From Anthoceros angustus (Eukaryota; Plantae; Anthocerotophyta), in contig VJWM01000179.1 of assembly GCA_010909165.1 (NCBI GenBank), positions 62,001 through 126,000 of the forward strand: a stretch of 64,000 nt of DNA, given 5' to 3'. Positions 62,170 through 64,000 of this stretch are shown here, in pieces. The translations under genes and the position numbers were made by a program. A model generated the notes under the pieces. The model did no database searches. It was not told the origin of the DNA and saw nothing but the letters and a program-made list of their open reading frames with translations. Position 1 is the first letter of the stretch; each line of letters begins with the position of its first letter.

Positions 62170-63700
62170 CATGTCAAAGGTAGAACACAACTTCCTTCAA
62201 CTCTGCCCATGGTCAGTCGCTCTTTCTCGCTGATGTCCAGGTCTTCAGGTTTATTTACGTCATCAGGAAGACACCAGCGAAAGTTATGCAGCAGAGTAGC
62301 AAGAGTGAGCTGCACCATCAGTAAACCTAAGTTCGTGCCTACGCAACCTCTCCTTCCAGAACAAAAAGGTAGAACCTCAAAGTTCTGGCCCCGAACATCC
62401 AGATCAGGCCTGCACAGTGGAACACCAATTCGTGAGTGATGTGAGCTATGGCAGGGCAATTGGAAGAATGCAACTTGAAATCAAGCTGGGAATGATGGCT
62501 ACCTGTCGACAAACCTCCATGGGATGAATTGGAGGGAATCTTTCCACACAGCAGGGTCTGTGCCTATGGCCCATGCAATGACAAACACCACTGTTTGGGC
62601 AGGATGTCGTATCCTGCTACCTTGGTGGCCTCCAGCCGGAATTCGACATGTGATGCCAAATGATAAAAAAGAAGGATTGTCTCCTCGTTCCCTTTCTCGT
62701 TGTCGTTGAAACACTGTTCCTACACAACCTCTAGTTCCGGACGTAGGAACTCAAGGTTCTGGCCCCGAATATCCAGATCAGGCTTGCACAGTGGCACAGC
62801 AATTCGTGAGTGATGTGAGCTATGGTAGGGGAAGCATGGAACTTGAGACTAGCAGGGAATGATGGCTACCTGTCGATAAACCTCTCCGGAATGAATTGGA
62901 GGGGATCCTTCCGCACAGCAGGGTCTGTAGCGATGGCCCATGCATTGACAAACACGAATGTTTGGGCAGGAATGTCGTAGCCTGCTAACTTTGTGGCCTC
63001 CACAGAAGGGTGAGGAACCAACAAGGATACAACTGGATGTAACGGGCGCGTCTCCCTCACTATGGCTTCAAGATGCGTTAGGTTTGGAAGATCTGCTTCA
63101 GTAACCTGCCGACCGCTGCTCATCTCCTTTCCTGCTCTGTCCAGATGTCGCAATAACCCAGCCATCGCCCATTACGTGGTAGTGGCTGTTGTGTCGGTTC
63201 CAGCCAAAATCAAGTCCTTCAAATGGAAAATTGCGTCGTCAGTGCTGCCCCCAGCTAACATGAAAGTTTCCTACATTCAACCATACAGGTATGTTGTTCT
63301 CGGTTGGGGGCTTAGAGCGAGCTGTCCCTTTACAGAGTCGCTCGATAGCTGGTCTTTGTCATTCAACTGCAACAAGATATCAACATAGTCTTTGGAGATT
63401 CGGCCCGAGTCTTTTCTTAGCTCGTCGAGGTTTTCCTCGATCACAGCTGTGTTCAATCGGCCCGTACCCTTCGGATCCTGGGAATTCTGTTCTTGACAGG
63501 ATTCAAGTTGCCGAAAATGGGCAGACAGGGGACACAATCCTGAGCAGCTGGGTTGAGCCCAAAGCTGTTATCTCTTTTATGAGACTGACGAAAGTTTCTG
63601 CGTCCCCAACAAGTCCCATTGATTTTTGTGTTGCCGAGTCAGCATCTACAAATCTCACGCTTCTCAGGACTCCTAGACATGCGTCGCACGGATATGAGCC
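62170..63700 (-). pseudogene. Cytochrome P450 (CYP71-clan/A-type) pseudogene with internal duplication
   Basis: DYVDILL; DLILAGTDTTATTT* (stop in the I-helix); broken ExxR (RETRPLHP); VNAWAI; FIPERF; heme loop [11 protein letters not shown]. Block ~62755-63000 is duplicated at ~62385-62635. Confidence 0.92.
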
Positions 63701-63790
63701 AGTGCGTCCAATTCGTGGCTCATAAAGCAGCTGGACCCCCTTGTCCTATATCCTGAGGGAATCAATGCTTGGTTTGCTCTTGAGCAAGCT

Positions 63791-63906
63791 CAACCGGCAC
63801 ATTTCAAGAGTCGAGTCTCACGCAGCACCAGATGATACTCGTTAGACCACATTGCAGGACTCAGGAGCAGGTGAGTTACAACCGGCACATTTCAAGAGTC
63901 GAGTCT
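63791..63906. repeat. 28-bp direct repeat pair
   Basis: CAACCGGCACATTTCAAGAGTCGAGTCT at 63791 and 63879. Confidence 0.85.
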
Positions 63907-64000
63907 GATGCAGAACTGGAAGGTAACTTTTTTAGATACTTCAGCTCTGAAGAGCACCAACATATTTCCTTCCTGAAGGACACCAGTAGGGAATGGGCCA

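Overview
Eukaryotic, land-plant genomic DNA. Compact genes with introns of about 60-180 nt suggest a non-seed plant such as a hornwort or lycophyte (inference only). Positions 1 to ~49,300 are a nested transposon pile. An outer CACTA (En/Spm) element has TnpD/Tnp2 on the minus strand and a TnpA-like ORF on the plus strand, divergently arranged around ~308-bp repeats. Into it have inserted a ~25-kb CACTA element (4133-29140) and a 5.45-kb CACTA element with perfect TIRs and TSD (30697-36151). The 25-kb element itself carries a self-nested pair of TG...CA LTR-like, pol-less units and two degenerate Ty1/copia elements. Further right are a mosaic second copy of the outer family, a gag zinc-knuckle remnant, a third copia 5' end with an extra upstream ORF, a truncated third CACTA, and an ALP1-like PIF/Harbinger transposase pseudogene that keeps its DDE residues. 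Positions ~51,700-57,600 hold two apparently intact host genes: a 7-exon SAM-dependent methyltransferase and an unusually long ERN/RAP2.11-type AP2/ERF factor. The window ends in rearranged cytochrome P450 pseudogene pieces. The repeat region is indel-rich and has several microhomology-joined duplications, so some frameshifts and duplications may be long-read assembly artefacts. All family assignments are by motif recognition, not database search. I found no prokaryotic-type system; the most novel candidates are unusual transposon architectures.
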